DNA of 61,973 nucleotides, filler included, from Actinomycetota bacterium (GTDB lineage: Bacteria; Actinomycetota; Actinomycetes; JAKEEW01): NCBI GenBank assembly GCA_046725875.1. It is 5 parts of 5 records of this genome, joined end to end, with 100 filler letters (N's around TTAATTAATTAA, not from the genome) between each part and the next. Parts side by side here need not be neighbours in the genome. Positions count along the whole stretch, not along the records: positions 48,636 to 56,128 come from JBKOZJ010000047.1; positions 56,229 to 61,973 come from JBKOZJ010000048.1; 3 more parts are not named here. One strand, 5' to 3'. Under the pieces are notes generated by a model that did no database searches, was not told the DNA's origin, and worked only from the letters and a program-made list of their open reading frames with translations. Shown here piece after piece: positions 50,688 to 61,331 of this stretch. Positions within the stretch are counted from its first letter, which is position 1, and each line of letters begins with the position of its first letter. The translations under genes and the position numbers were made by a program.

Positions 50688-51597
50688 CAGGCGGGTCACC
50701 TCCTTGGGTATGCGGACCATGCACGGGGGTGGGTGGCGGCGATGACACGGAGGACGGTCCCCGCGCCCCGTCCGGGCGTGGCGGCAACAGACCGCCGAGC
50801 ACCACGGGTTGGACGGACGCCGGCGTATCCGGGTTCCGTTTTGGGTCGTCCGCCGAAGCAGGGTGGGCAGGTCCCGCGGCGGCTGTGGCCGGAACGGGCG
50901 GTGGGTTCGGGCCACTCAAGCGCAGATGGGCGACCAAGGGCAGCAGGCGCGCCCGGCCGCGAGCGCACCGGCTCTTGATCGTCCCGACCGCTACGTCCAA
51001 GATCTTCGCGGCCTCTTCGACGGAGTAGCCGTGCATGTCCACGAGGACCAGTGCCGCCCGCTGCTCGATCGGTAGGTGCAGGAGCGCCGCTGTGATGTCT
51101 AAAGCCAGCTCGCTCTCGTTCGCACGGTCTGGACTGGTCGCCCAGGCCGCTGCCCGACCCGGGTTGTCGCCGCTCTGCTCGACAAGCGGTACGGTCGGCC
51201 GGGTCTGTTGGCGGCGAACTCGGTCCAGGCAGGCGTTCACGACAATCCGGTGCAGCCATGTGGTGACGGCGGCCTCGCCGCGGAACGTACGTGCTCGTCG
51301 GAACGCCGCCACCAGCGCATCCTGGACCGCGTCGGCCGCCTCCTCGGGGTCGCCGATGGTACGGATCGCCACCGCCCACAGCCGGTCGCGATGGCGTCGG
51401 ACAAGCTCACCGAAGGCGTCCGCGTCGCCGGCGACATGGCGGGACAGGAGCACTTCATCGGATGGCTCGTCCCGCGAAGCCTGTGCCGGGACGCCACCTC
51501 GCCCATCGGACGTCGGTGCCTCTTGGACGCCGTCCGACCGGTCACCCGTGGGTGCAGCGTCCGCTCCCGATCGGCGGCTAGCCCAGAATCTTGACAT
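50677..51597 (-). CDS. sigM: ECF sigma factor SigM (start uncertain)
   Basis: AFGELVRRHRDRLWAVA, DAVQDAL, TTWLHRIVVNAC, GTIKSRCARGR; canonical position between murJ and trxB. Confidence 0.88.
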   Translation of the reverse strand: MSRFWASRRSGADAAPTGDRSDGVQEAPTSDGRGGVPAQASRDEPSDEVLLSRHVAGDADAFGELVRRHRDRLWAVAIRTIGDPEEAADAVQDALVAAFRRARTFRGEAAVTTWLHRIVVNACLDRVRRQQTRPTVPLVEQSGDNPGRAAAWATSPDRANESELALDITAALLHLPIEQRAALVLVDMHGYSVEEAAKILDVAVGTIKSRCARGRARLLPLVAHLRLSGPNPPPVPATAAAGPAHPASADDPKRNPDTPASVQPVVLGGLLPPRPDGARGPSSVSSPPPTPVHGPHTQGGDPPDAP

Positions 51598-53110
51598 TGG
51601 AGACTTCGGCCTTGAACCCGTCCGGGACCTCGGGCAGACGGGTGAACCAGACGAGCAGATAGCGCGCTTCGACCGCCCCGGCGGTCGGAGCGAGCCTGAA
51701 CTTTCCGCCGCCGTTCTCCACTGCGTCGGTTGCGGCGGTGAACCCATCCCTCGTCTCCGGCGGGGCGGCACCGTCGGCGGTCTGGAGCTCCACCGTCGTG
51801 TGACCGGTGTTCATGGTCACCTCAACGGAGCTCACCCGCTGTCGCGACCCCAGATCGAGGACGAATCCGATGCCCGGCTTGAAGACCGTGATCGGGTCGT
51901 CCTTGTACGTCTTGGTCGTCCACGCGCTGCCCGGATCGTCGTCGAACAACCGCGCGGCCTCGTCGTCGTTCTCCTCGCCGTCGCAGGTCTGGCAGCCGTC
52001 CTGCGGGTCGAATCCGGCGGCCGACTCCACCGCCACCGGCTGCCCGAGGGTGGTGGCGCCGCTGGGGCTCGAGTTGCTGCCCTCGTCGTTGGCACTCCCC
52101 CCGCTGGCGCGATCGAGGGTCTGCCGGGCGATGAGCGCGCCGAGCAAGACCAGACCTGCGATGACAACGAACGACACGAGACGTCGCGCTGTACGCATGC
52201 CACGCGACGGTTCCCACCCCGGCGGCGGCCCCCCAACCGGGGCGGGCATGGGCGGTCGGCCGGCTGCGGGTGGTCCGGTCACGGCAGGGCCGGTGCGAGT
52301 GGCCGCAGTGGAGCGATACTCCGGCTGGACCGATCGGGCGGCCGCCGGTCGCGGCTGGGTCTTGAGCGCCGCCGCGATCGCAGCCGGAGTGGTGAGCGGG
52401 ACGAGCTGGTGCTTCGGCGGAGAGTTGAGACTACGGTCGACGATCCCGTCGAGAAGTGCCGGCACTCCGGCCCGCACCTGGCGCGGCGTGGCGAGCGTGT
52501 GGTCGTTGCGGATAGCGGCGGGCAGCCCGTAGGCGGCACCATCCGGCCAGCGCGCCGTCAGGGCGGCGTGCAGCAGTCGGCCGATCGCTTGGGCGTCGGC
52601 GAGCGCGGGATTGTCGGCGGTTGCTCCGTCGAGTGCCGCATCGACGGCCAGGCCGGCGACCTTGATCTGCCCGTTGTCCCCGAAGATCACGGTGTCGGGC
52701 GAGAGCCTCAGGTGGGCCAGCCCGGCCAGGTGGGCCGCGGCGATCGCCTCGGCCACCTCAAGGATGGTGAAATGCGCGTCCGAGGGGTCTAGGGGTCCGA
52801 TTGCCGCGAGGATCTGCGTCAGCGTGGCGCCGCCGACCCACTCATGGACGACGTAGAAGCGCCCGTCCTCCTCGGCCGCATCCAGCACCCGCAGGAAGCG
52901 GCCGTCGGAGACCGTCGCTGCGAGCTGGGCGGCCTCGACGACGGCCTTCGCTCGATCATGGTAGACCGGGAGCAGCCGGACCCCGACCGGGCGCGCGAGC
53001 AGCTCGTCGACGGCCTGCCACAGCTCGACTCCGGCATCGTCGCTGCGACGCTCCTCGAGGCGGTAGCGTCCGGCGAGCCGCTGGCCCACTGCGGCGGGGA
53101 TGGGCTCCAC
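51578..53110 (-). CDS. Membrane-anchored Ser/Thr pseudokinase (MurJ-associated)
   Basis: LAGRYRLEE, D.LLARPV, HEWV; VAVK, HRD and DFG replaced by VGVR, HLR and AGL; TM helix and extracellular beta domain. Confidence 0.85.
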   Translation of the reverse strand: MEPIPAAVGQRLAGRYRLEERRSDDAGVELWQAVDELLARPVGVRLLPVYHDRAKAVVEAAQLAATVSDGRFLRVLDAAEEDGRFYVVHEWVGGATLTQILAAIGPLDPSDAHFTILEVAEAIAAAHLAGLAHLRLSPDTVIFGDNGQIKVAGLAVDAALDGATADNPALADAQAIGRLLHAALTARWPDGAAYGLPAAIRNDHTLATPRQVRAGVPALLDGIVDRSLNSPPKHQLVPLTTPAAIAAALKTQPRPAAARSVQPEYRSTAATRTGPAVTGPPAAGRPPMPAPVGGPPPGWEPSRGMRTARRLVSFVVIAGLVLLGALIARQTLDRASGGSANDEGSNSSPSGATTLGQPVAVESAAGFDPQDGCQTCDGEENDDEAARLFDDDPGSAWTTKTYKDDPITVFKPGIGFVLDLGSRQRVSSVEVTMNTGHTTVELQTADGAAPPETRDGFTAATDAVENGGGKFRLAPTAGAVEARYLLVWFTRLPEVPDGFKAEVSNVKILG

Positions 53111-53316
53111 GCGTCCGTCGTCCGTTCACTCGACTTCTGTCTGGGCGGAGGCCTCTGACTTGCCGGCCAACTCATCGCCTCCGAAAAGGGGGCAACCTCT
53201 ATGCTAATGCCGCCGCCTGCTGCCCCAGCCGGAGTGCACACAAGGCGAGACCAACCCGCGACGAACCATCCATCTACCCTCGCCGGGCGCGCGAGTGGAA
53301 GCGGCGCTCCGCGTCA

Positions 53317-54948
53317 CTAGCTCCTGGGCCGGCGGAGGACGCCCACGAGCTTGGCGAACTCGCTGATCCTGAGCTTGAAGCAGAAGACGAGGTAGAGGCC
53401 GATCATCAGGGCACCGCCCAGGACGAGCGCGGTAATAGAGGCGCCGAGTCCCCGGCCGATCGTCGCCCGCAGCCCCCAGGCAAGCGTGGCCGCCGGCAGG
53501 GCTGCGGCGATCGCCGCGAAGCCGAGCAGCCCATAGGTGTGGGCAATCTTGCGGCCGTCCAGTCCGCCGAGCCGGCCGGAGAGTGTGCGGACCGTGATGG
53601 CGACACCGATCGTGTACGACAGCGCGTACCCAGCCGCCATGCCCACGACGACCCATCGGGTTGGCAGCAGCCACCACGCGACGAGCACTGCCGCGATGTT
53701 TATGGCGTTGATCCAAACGTTGATGCGGACCGGTGTTCGGGTGTCCTCGAGCGCGTAGAAGCCGCGTAGCAGCAGGTGGTGCACTGAGAAAGGGATGATG
53801 CCGAGGGCGAAGGCCATCAGCACCCAGCCGATGTATTCGGCGTTGTCGAGGCCGACGAATGCGTCGTACATGGCCGTGGCGAGGTCCCGCCCGAGCACCA
53901 GGAAGGCGACTGCGGCAGGCACGAGCGCGACGCCGATCAGCCGGAGGCCCTCTGATATGTCCAGCCGCACTGCCGAAGCCAGGCCGGCCGCCGCCGCCCG
54001 GCTCATTCGCGGCAGTAGCGCGGTGACAATCGAGACGGTGATCACCGCGTGCGGCAGCAGCAGGATGAGATAGGCCTTTGCGTACGGGGTGAAGCCGACG
54101 CCGGTCCCGATGCCGGCATTCTCGGCGGCGGTACCGACCGCGGTGGCAACCTGCACCACGACGAGGTAGCCGATCTGGTTGACCAGCACGAAGGCGATCG
54201 TCCAAAACGCCGCTCGATACGCCGGTCCGAGGCCTGCACCACGAAAGTCGAAGCGTGGTTTGAACCGAAACCCGAGCTTGCGCAGGACCGGGAAGAGCAC
54301 CGCGGCCTGCACGACCACGCCGAGCGTTGTGCCGATGCCGAGCAGCCGCAGCTCGCTTGGCGTCACCGACTCCGCGGTCGGCTTGGCCGCCCCGGTCACG
54401 ACGATGAAGAGCAGCCCGGTCGCGATGACCACGACATTGTTTACGATCGGCGCCCACATCATGGGCCCGAAGCTGCCGCGCGCATTGAGCACCTGGCCGA
54501 GCATCACGAACAGGCCGTAGAAGAGAATCTGCGGCAGCAGGTAGCGCGCGAAGGTTACCGCGACGTCGAGCTCCGCGACGGTGTCGTCGCCTGTGTAAGC
54601 CCACGCGTAGAGACGGATGATGAGCGGCGCGGCGAGCACCGCGGCGAGCGTCACCACGAGCAGGACGAGCATGGTCGAGGTGAGAACGCGGTTCGTGTAC
54701 GCCTCGCCGCCGTCCTCATCGGTGCTCATGGCCCGAGTGAGCTGCGGTATGAGAACGGCGTTGAGCGCCCCGCCGACTAGCAGGATGTAGAGGATGTTCG
54801 GGATCGTGTTGGCGACGTTGTAGGTGTCGGCGAAGATTGCAGTACCGATGGCGCCGGCGATGACCATGTCGCGGAGGAATCCGGTAAGCCGGGAGACCAC
54901 TGTGCCGGCCGCCATCGACGTGGTCGACTTGACCACGCTCGTGCTCAC
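53317..54948 (-). CDS. murJ: Lipid II flippase MurJ (MviN)
   Basis: SRLTGFLRD, YNVANTIPN, GGAL, PQILFYG, FYALEDTRTP; ~14 TM helices. Confidence 0.95.
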   Translation of the reverse strand: MSTSVVKSTTSMAAGTVVSRLTGFLRDMVIAGAIGTAIFADTYNVANTIPNILYILLVGGALNAVLIPQLTRAMSTDEDGGEAYTNRVLTSTMLVLLVVTLAAVLAAPLIIRLYAWAYTGDDTVAELDVAVTFARYLLPQILFYGLFVMLGQVLNARGSFGPMMWAPIVNNVVVIATGLLFIVVTGAAKPTAESVTPSELRLLGIGTTLGVVVQAAVLFPVLRKLGFRFKPRFDFRGAGLGPAYRAAFWTIAFVLVNQIGYLVVVQVATAVGTAAENAGIGTGVGFTPYAKAYLILLLPHAVITVSIVTALLPRMSRAAAAGLASAVRLDISEGLRLIGVALVPAAVAFLVLGRDLATAMYDAFVGLDNAEYIGWVLMAFALGIIPFSVHHLLLRGFYALEDTRTPVRINVWINAINIAAVLVAWWLLPTRWVVVGMAAGYALSYTIGVAITVRTLSGRLGGLDGRKIAHTYGLLGFAAIAAALPAATLAWGLRATIGRGLGASITALVLGGALMIGLYLVFCFKLRISEFAKLVGVLRRPRS

Positions 54949-56128
54949 GCGCGCACCTGCGCCGGGTCCGGTTGTGGCTGCTCGGCAGGCGCGCTGCCCG
55001 GCGGGCCGGACCCGGGCCGTCGTCGGCGCCGCACGAGGCGGATCGTGATGGAGGCCACGAGCAGCGCGATCGCGCCACCAATGATGGCGAAGCCGACTCG
55101 CCCAAAATTCGTGGAGCGGACCTTGAACTGAGAGACGGGCCCGATCCGGTCGCCGCTCGCGTTGGTGAGTACGGCGTTCACGGTGACGATGCCGTTTGCT
55201 ACCGCACTCGCCTTTACCTCGACAGTCTCGCGGGACTTCGGGTCGATCTCGAACGGCGGCGGGCTGTCGATCTTCAGCCGGCTGTTCGTCGGGCGCAGTG
55301 ACAGCCGCACTGTCACTGGCTGGTCCAGGTCGTTGGCTACGGTCACCGGGATGGTCCCGCTGTTGCTCGAAAGCGTGACCGTCCCGCGGGAGAGGATGCG
55401 AACCTTCTTCTCCTGGTTATCCAGGCCTTCCTCGAGACCGTGGAGGTAGGTCCGGCCCGCATTGGTGAGGTTCCCCTCGCCGTCGGCCCATGCGGAGGAC
55501 TCGGCCCGCAACAGTGCGTTGCGGAAGGAGGAAACGAGGTCCCTCGGATCCCTGAGGACGGCGGAGAAGTCGGTCACGTTCGCCCGAAGCGATTCGACTG
55601 CTTTGATGTGCCGCTGCGGCAGCTCATGGCGCTGTGCCTCTGGGGAGTAGGCGAGCGTAGGGCGGTCAACTCCTGGCTCGGTCCTCGCGAGGTCGGTCGC
55701 CGTTGCCGGGGCGATCCAAGGCGCGCTGGTGTAGGCGGCGATGAGTTGCCGGGCGAGTTCGGGGTCGGGATTCCACCGCTTGGGCGGTGCCACCAGGATT
55801 GTCCGGGACCGATTCGGCAGCTCTTCGGTGATCATGGCGGTCTCGGCAAGGAACCGCTGCACCAAGAGAGCACTTGCGCCCGGCTCGCGGGTGTCTTGGG
55901 CGAAGATCTCGCTCAGCCCTGGGTCGGCGAGCAAGCCGCGTACCTCGCCGCGGTCGGTGCCGATCGACGCAACGCCGTCAGGCGTGAACGAGAGCTGTTG
56001 GGCAGTCGGCAGGGCGTTCTCCGACAGAACCGCGAGATCGTATCCGGCGGCCCGCACGGCGCCGAGCGTGGCGCGGTCCGCGAGGCCGGCAGCCGGCCAT
56101 ACGACCGCCGTGGACCGAGGCAGAGTGT
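54945..56128 (-). CDS. DUF6049-like secreted/membrane protein (5' cut by contig end)
   Basis: QRFLAETAMI, VAPPKRW, IPVTVANDL, C-terminal TM helix; overlaps the murJ start. Confidence 0.8.
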
Positions 56129-56228
56129 NNNNNNNNNNNNNNNNNNNNNNNNNNNNNNNNNNNNNNNNNNNNTTAATTAATTAANNNNNNNNNNNNNNNN
56201 NNNNNNNNNNNNNNNNNNNNNNNNNNNN
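56129..56228. other. Artificial contig linker
   Basis: N44-TTAATTAATTAA-N44. Confidence 0.99.
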
Positions 56229-56680
56229 TCATCGAAGTTGGCCATCAACGTCAGCCCCCCGGCGCGAGCGGAGCGTACGCCCAATTGCCGCCCCGTGCCC
56301 GTTGCCGAAGTCCTGGTCGTGGATCGTCGGTCCTGATGACCACGCAGGTCACGGTGAGCGATGGGGCGGCATTGGACTACGACTTCACGACCACTCCCAA
56401 CGGCCTCGTCCACGTCGTTATCGCTGACGACCTGCCGACGATGGAGCAGGCGCTCCGGGACAGCGCCTTACGGCAGCGCTGATGAGGCTCCCACCGTGGC
56501 GTGTGGTCCACCGGACTCGGTCCCGACCGCAAATCTGTCTAGATCACTTGCGATTGCTCGATGCAACAGACCCGCCGGGGCCACCGTGCTGGCGGTGGCC
56601 GGCGCGGCTCTGTTCGTCACGGTCACGCCTCGTGCGGTCGTGTCGACATGGCACTCGTCGGGCGCGCGATGCCGACACGC

Positions 56681-57505
56681 TCAGCCCTTCCTTCGATACA
56701 ACGCGGTGGTGAGCGGCCCGAACACGGCGATGAGCACCGTACATGCCAGCAGCACCCACACCACCTCCCCGGCGACGGCGGTCCCGTGGACAAGACCGCG
56801 GGTCGCGGTCACGAGGTGGGAGACGGGGTTGAGCTCGATGAAGGTTTGGAGCCACCCGGGCATCGTTCGCGGATCCACGAAGACATTGCTGGTGAAGGTC
56901 AGTGGGAAGAGGAAGACCAGCCCCGCGACGTTGACCGCGTGCGGAGTCCTAAGGACAAGGGCGAGTGTGGTCCAGACCCAGGACAGGCTGAACGAGAACA
57001 TCAGGATGAGCGCTACCGCCAACAGCACGCCGGTCGGCCCGCCGTCGGGTCGGAACCCCATTACCAAGCCGAGGCCGATCGCGAGGCCGGACGCGACTAG
57101 GTAGCGTGCGAGGTCGCCGACCAACGCTCCGACGATTGGCGCTGGTCGCCAGATCGGCAACGACCGGAAGCGGTCGAACGCGCCGGTCGCGATGTCGGTG
57201 TTGAGTGCGACGCCGGTGTAGACCGTAAGTAGTACGACTGTCATCACGAGCGCGCCCGGCAGGAGGAACTGCAGATACTGCGACGTCGATCCGGCCAGTG
57301 CTCCGCCGAACATGTACGTGAATATCAGCGTGAACAGGACCGGGATCAAGATCACGTCAGCGAGCTGCTCGGGCACGTGCTTCGTCTTCAGGAAGCCCCG
57401 CCAGGCGAAGCTGAGCGACGCCGAAACGGCACCAGGGGGGCTCGGTCGCGGGGATGTCACCGTCGAGGGCAGGGCCTGGTTGATGGGCTGGGTGGTCGTG
57501 CTCAT
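56681..57505 (-). CDS. DrrB-type ABC-2 exporter permease
   Basis: 6 TM helices, FDRFRSLPI, MPGWLQ..NP. Confidence 0.92.
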   Translation of the reverse strand: MSTTTQPINQALPSTVTSPRPSPPGAVSASLSFAWRGFLKTKHVPEQLADVILIPVLFTLIFTYMFGGALAGSTSQYLQFLLPGALVMTVVLLTVYTGVALNTDIATGAFDRFRSLPIWRPAPIVGALVGDLARYLVASGLAIGLGLVMGFRPDGGPTGVLLAVALILMFSFSLSWVWTTLALVLRTPHAVNVAGLVFLFPLTFTSNVFVDPRTMPGWLQTFIELNPVSHLVTATRGLVHGTAVAGEVVWVLLACTVLIAVFGPLTTALYRRKG

Positions 57506-57532
57506 GCAGCGTTCTCCTGTTCGCTCGTGGAG

Positions 57533-58501
57533 TCAGGCGGCTGTGGGGGCGTGCCGTGCCTTCCGGCTGGTTAGGGCGAGAAACACCTCGTCAAGGCTCG
57601 GCCGGGTGAGCGCGAACTCCGCGAGCGGGACGCTGAGGCCGGACAGTTGGCTGACCGCTCGCGCAGCGGTTTCCGAGTCGGGCACCAGGGTTGAGAGCGT
57701 CGCGCCGTCGGATCCCAGCTGTGCTGATTCGCCGATCGCGCGCCGCAGCACGCGCTCCGCCTGCGGCCGGTGCTGGGGATCCTGCAGCCGGACATGCAGG
57801 GTGGCGGCTCCGACCGACGACCTTAGCTCTGCGCCGGTGCCCTCGGCGATCATCCTGCCCTGATCGATGACGGCGATCCGGTCGGCCACGCGGTCCGCCT
57901 CCTCGAGGTATTGCGTGGTGAGGAGCACGGTCGTGCCGTTACCGACGAGGGACCGGGTGATTTCCCAGACCTGGTTGCGACTGTACGGGTCCAGGCCCGT
58001 CGTGGGTTCGTCGAGGAACAGCAGGTCGGGGGTGACGACGATGCTGGCGGCGAGGTCCAGCCGACGCCGCATGCCGCCCGAATACGTCGCGACCCGCCGG
58101 CCGGAGGCGTCGGAGAGCCCGAAGGCGTCGAGGAGCTCGCTCGCTCTTGCCTTCGCGGATCTCCTCGGGAGCCCCAGCAGCCGTCCGAGCAAGATGAGGT
58201 TCTCCCGGCCGGTCAGATCCTGATCGAGCGAGGAGAACTGACCGGTGAGGCTGATTCCGCGCCGCACCGCAGCTGCCTCGCGCACAGTGTCGTGCCCGAC
58301 CACGCGTGCGCTGCCCGCGTCGGGGCGCAGCAGCGTGGCGAGGATCCGAATCGTCGTGGTCTTGCCGGCCCCGTTGGGACCAAGCAAGCCGTAGACCGAG
58401 CCCGCGGGGACAGCCAAATCGATGCCGTCCACCGCTCGCATGCGGGCGAAGACCTTGACCAGGCCGGTGGCCTCCACGGCGAGCTTTGCAGATCGCTTCA
58501 C
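57533..58501 (-). CDS. DrrA-type ABC exporter ATPase
   Basis: [47 protein letters not shown]. Confidence 0.95.
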   Translation of the reverse strand: MKRSAKLAVEATGLVKVFARMRAVDGIDLAVPAGSVYGLLGPNGAGKTTTIRILATLLRPDAGSARVVGHDTVREAAAVRRGISLTGQFSSLDQDLTGRENLILLGRLLGLPRRSAKARASELLDAFGLSDASGRRVATYSGGMRRRLDLAASIVVTPDLLFLDEPTTGLDPYSRNQVWEITRSLVGNGTTVLLTTQYLEEADRVADRIAVIDQGRMIAEGTGAELRSSVGAATLHVRLQDPQHRPQAERVLRRAIGESAQLGSDGATLSTLVPDSETAARAVSQLSGLSVPLAEFALTRPSLDEVFLALTSRKARHAPTAA

Positions 58502-58580
58502 TGCCTTCCCCTATCAAATGGTAGGGACTTTCTTCTGGATGTAGCACTCAGCAAAATAGCGGAAGCATGCATCAAGAGCA

Positions 58581-58604
58581 AGTCGCTTTCGGAAGAAAGT
58601 GACT
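58581..58604. promoter_or_regulatory. Putative TetR operator
   Basis: AGTCGCTTTC-GGAA-GAAAGTGACT, a 10-bp inverted repeat with 1 mismatch between the divergent tetR and ABC genes. Confidence 0.65.
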
Positions 58605-58622
58605 ATGCGTATGATCCCTGCC

Positions 58623-59207
58623 ATGCCGACGAAACCAGGACTCCGGGAACGGAAGAGGCTGGCGGCCATGCGGCGTGTCCAAGAGGTTGCGCTTGACTTG
58701 TTCGACCAGCACGGCTTCGACACGGTGACCATCGAGCAGATCGCCGACGCCGCCGACCTCTCACCGAGCTCGGTCTATCGGTACTTCGGCACGAAGGAGC
58801 AGATCGTGCTCTGGGACGAGCTCGACGTCCGCCTGTTCGACGCTATCGAGGCTGAGCTCGCGGCCAGGCCGCCGGTGCAAGCCACGCGGCGAGCGATCTC
58901 CGACATCCTGGCCCAGCTCTTCGACCGGGACGAGCAGCTAGCCCGGCGGAAAACGCGCTATGCGCTGGAGGAGCCCGCGCTACGCGGTGCCCTATTGGAG
59001 CAGACCGACGAATTCACCCAGCGGGTGGCCGAGGCATTGGCCCGTGCGTCCGGCCGCCGGGCAGACGAGCTCGAACCGCAAGTAATCGCGTCCGCGCTGA
59101 TCTCGGCGATGATGGCGGCCGCGCGCCACTGGCACACACACGGCTACCGCACCCCGATCAGTGCCGAGCTCACCGAGGCTCTTGAGATCATCGAGCGAGG
59201 GATCTGA
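58623..59207 (+). CDS. TetR-family regulator
   Basis: GLRERKR, GFDTVTIEQIA..A..S..SVYRYFGTKE HTH; start uncertain. Confidence 0.93.
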   Translation: MPTKPGLRERKRLAAMRRVQEVALDLFDQHGFDTVTIEQIADAADLSPSSVYRYFGTKEQIVLWDELDVRLFDAIEAELAARPPVQATRRAISDILAQLFDRDEQLARRKTRYALEEPALRGALLEQTDEFTQRVAEALARASGRRADELEPQVIASALISAMMAAARHWHTHGYRTPISAELTEALEIIERGI

Positions 59208-59286
59208 GCGGTCTCCGGCGACCGCTGTCCCCTCCCGGGTTGCTCGTGCGTCGTACGAGCGACAATCTCCACCAAGGAGGACGGGC

Positions 59287-59628
59287 ATGAAGTACCTGCT
59301 GTTGATCCATTCTGGTGGCACCGTTCGCGACCACTTCGACAGGCTCAGCGACGAGGAGCAGCAGCAAATCCTCGCCGAGTACCTCAAGGTCGCCGAGGCG
59401 CCGGGTGTCCTGGGCGGTAACCAGCTGCAACCGGCGGACACGGCAACGACGGTACGTGTCGAGGGCGGCCGGACCCTCACCACGGACGGACCGTTCATCG
59501 AGGCCAAGGAAGCCCTCGGCGGCTACCTCCTCTACGAGGCACCCGACCTTGACGCGGCAATCGAGCTAGCGGCGCGGATCCCGGCGGCCGGGATGGGCGG
59601 CGCGATCGAGGTACGTCCGGTCGTTTGA
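59287..59628 (+). CDS. YciI/DGPF family protein
   Basis: MKYLLLI, TDGPFIEAKEALGGY, IEVRP; AAGGAGG RBS. Confidence 0.92.
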   Translation: MKYLLLIHSGGTVRDHFDRLSDEEQQQILAEYLKVAEAPGVLGGNQLQPADTATTVRVEGGRTLTTDGPFIEAKEALGGYLLYEAPDLDAAIELAARIPAAGMGGAIEVRPVV

Positions 59629-60100
59629 TCTCGCCGAGGAGGCCAAGAGGCCATCGAGGAGATCGCTCGCGCGTACCTAGTGCCCGCGCCGAGGGATGCC
59701 GGTATCCCGTTCAGCGTGCCGCCGCAGCACCTGCTTCCGGAGTGGCTGGCGGCCGTGCTTGCCGTCGTCTATCTCATCTTCAACGAGGGTAAGGCGGCCG
59801 AGTCGATCTGGCAGCGGTGGCGCGGTGGCTAGGCCGCGTCACCGAGCTGATGCCCAACGAGCCGGAGGTGCACGGTCTCTACGCGCTGATGCCGCTGGAC
59901 GACGCGCCGGGGAGGCGCGGTTCGACTCGGGTGAATTGGTACTGCTCGCCGACCAGGACCACTCACGCTGGGATACCGACCAAATCGCCCGGGGGAAGGA
60001 AGCGCTCGAGCGCGCGTTCGCGCTGCGCGGCCGCGGACCGTACGTCATTCAGGCGGCCATGAAGCGCCGACTCGCGCGCGCGAAGCGCAAGATGAGGGCC
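59629..60100 (+). pseudogene. Fragmented ECF42-type sigma factor (DUF6596-like)
   Basis: Scraps in several frames: EEIARAYLVP, DAGIPFSVP...VVYLIFNEG, EPEVHGL, LVLLADQDHSRWD, GPYVIQAA; follows a DGPF gene as expected for ECF42. Confidence 0.8.
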
Positions 60101-60509
60101 ATGCGGGCCGCCCGGGCGCCGCGACGGCGGCGTGCAGCTCCGGGCCGAGTCGTTCCAGTTGCCGGTGTGGGTTCGCGTCGGTGCCGGCTCGGCGAACATC
60201 GACCGCCGCGGGCTTGCCGCGCTGTTCTGGAGCCACGTCCTGCGGGGAGATTCGCCTCGACGTGACCAGCCGCTCCAATTCGGCATGCCGACGTTGGTAG
60301 AGGTAGTCGCCCGGTCGGGTCGATGTCGCATCCGCGCGCAGGTACTGGTCGACCTTCTCCCGGCTCACCCCGACTCTCGAGCCGGTGCTGCCTTGGGCTC
60401 GCCGACCGCCGCCCGGGCGCGAAGCTGCGCGGCACGTTCGCCGCTGAGCGCCGGTGCCTGGCCGCGTTCGCCCGGCCGGCCTTCATGGAACGCGACCCCG
60501 AGCGGGCGG

Positions 60510-60885
60510 CGTTGCTTGCGAGCGTCAGCCGTGGCTCATCGACAGCGATGACGAGGATCTGGGCGTAGTTCTCGTAAGTCCCCACGACCTCGCGGGTCCG
60601 CGCCCGGTCGTAGGGCAGCGGCTCCGGATCCCGGTCAACTATGCCCAGGTAGTGCTCGAGCGCCCAGCGGACGACGGCCTGATTAAACGGGATGCCGTCC
60701 GGGCCGGCGTTGGACAGTGAGACGACGGCGAAGTCCCGTTCCGGCAGGGTGAGCAGCTCGGCGAACTGGCCGTGCTATGCCCGACGGTGCGGATACCGCC
60801 GACGTCGCGCAGGAACCAGCCGATCCCGATGGCATCGCCAAGCGTGCTGCCCACAGCTCGACCGTCGGTTCCTTCATTCGACACA
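60510..60885 (-). pseudogene. Serine hydrolase (beta-lactamase family) C-terminal remnant
   Basis: GDAIGIGWFLRDVGGIRTVGH, frameshift, then GQFAELLTLPERDFAVVSLSNAG...EHYLG. Confidence 0.7.
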
Positions 60886-61149
60886 GCAGCTCCGCGGGGA
60901 CGTCCAGAACAAGCCCGGCGTGACCAACGGCCTCCGGAGAGCCGAGCGCTCCAGGCGGAGGACCAAGCTGTGGACACGCTCAAGCGACGTCAGCAGTCGA
61001 CCTGTTGGCACACGGACCCCCAAGGTGGGCATCCGGTTGGGACAAGACCGGCGGCCGACGTTGCCGCCAAGCAAGGAACACCAGCCTCGACCCGCCCTTC
61101 CAGCGCGACAAGGCAGATCGCCGGCAGTTCCAGCGGCAACTACTCGTTC

Positions 61150-61218
61150 GCCCCAAACCTGCGGGTCGCCAATGACACCATCGAGCGAAACGAGAGTGGA
61201 TTCGACGACCTTCCGCAT
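61150..61218 (-). pseudogene. Dihydrofolate reductase/RibD-C family N-terminal scrap
   Basis: GGAGG RBS then MRKVVESTLVSLDGVIGDP. Confidence 0.65.
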
Positions 61219-61227
61219 GACTCCTCC

Positions 61228-61331
61228 CAGCCCATCGACACCACCACGCCGACCGGGCGGCTGGTCTTCCATATCCTCGGCGCGATCGACGAGTTCCAGC
61301 GCGACCTGATCGTCGAGGGCACCCGCGAGGG
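61228..61331 (+). pseudogene. Serine resolvase/invertase internal remnant
   Basis: IDTTTPTGRLVFHILGAIDEFQRDLIVEGTREG, ending at the IS6 inverted repeat. Confidence 0.85.

Noticed and set aside
51035..52792. 585-aa plus-strand ORF and many similar long antisense ORFs (e.g. 13945-15474, 27612-29102, 2741-4039)
   Set aside because: Shadow frames opposite well-supported genes, expected in high-GC DNA; no motifs.
56229..56482. Short ORF MTTQVTVSDG... at the contig start
   Set aside because: No RBS or recognisable motif; cannot be supported.
60100..60500. Possible gene scrap on the minus strand (EKVDQYLR...YLYQRRHAELERL)
   Set aside because: Looks protein-like, but I cannot assign a family or a consistent frame.
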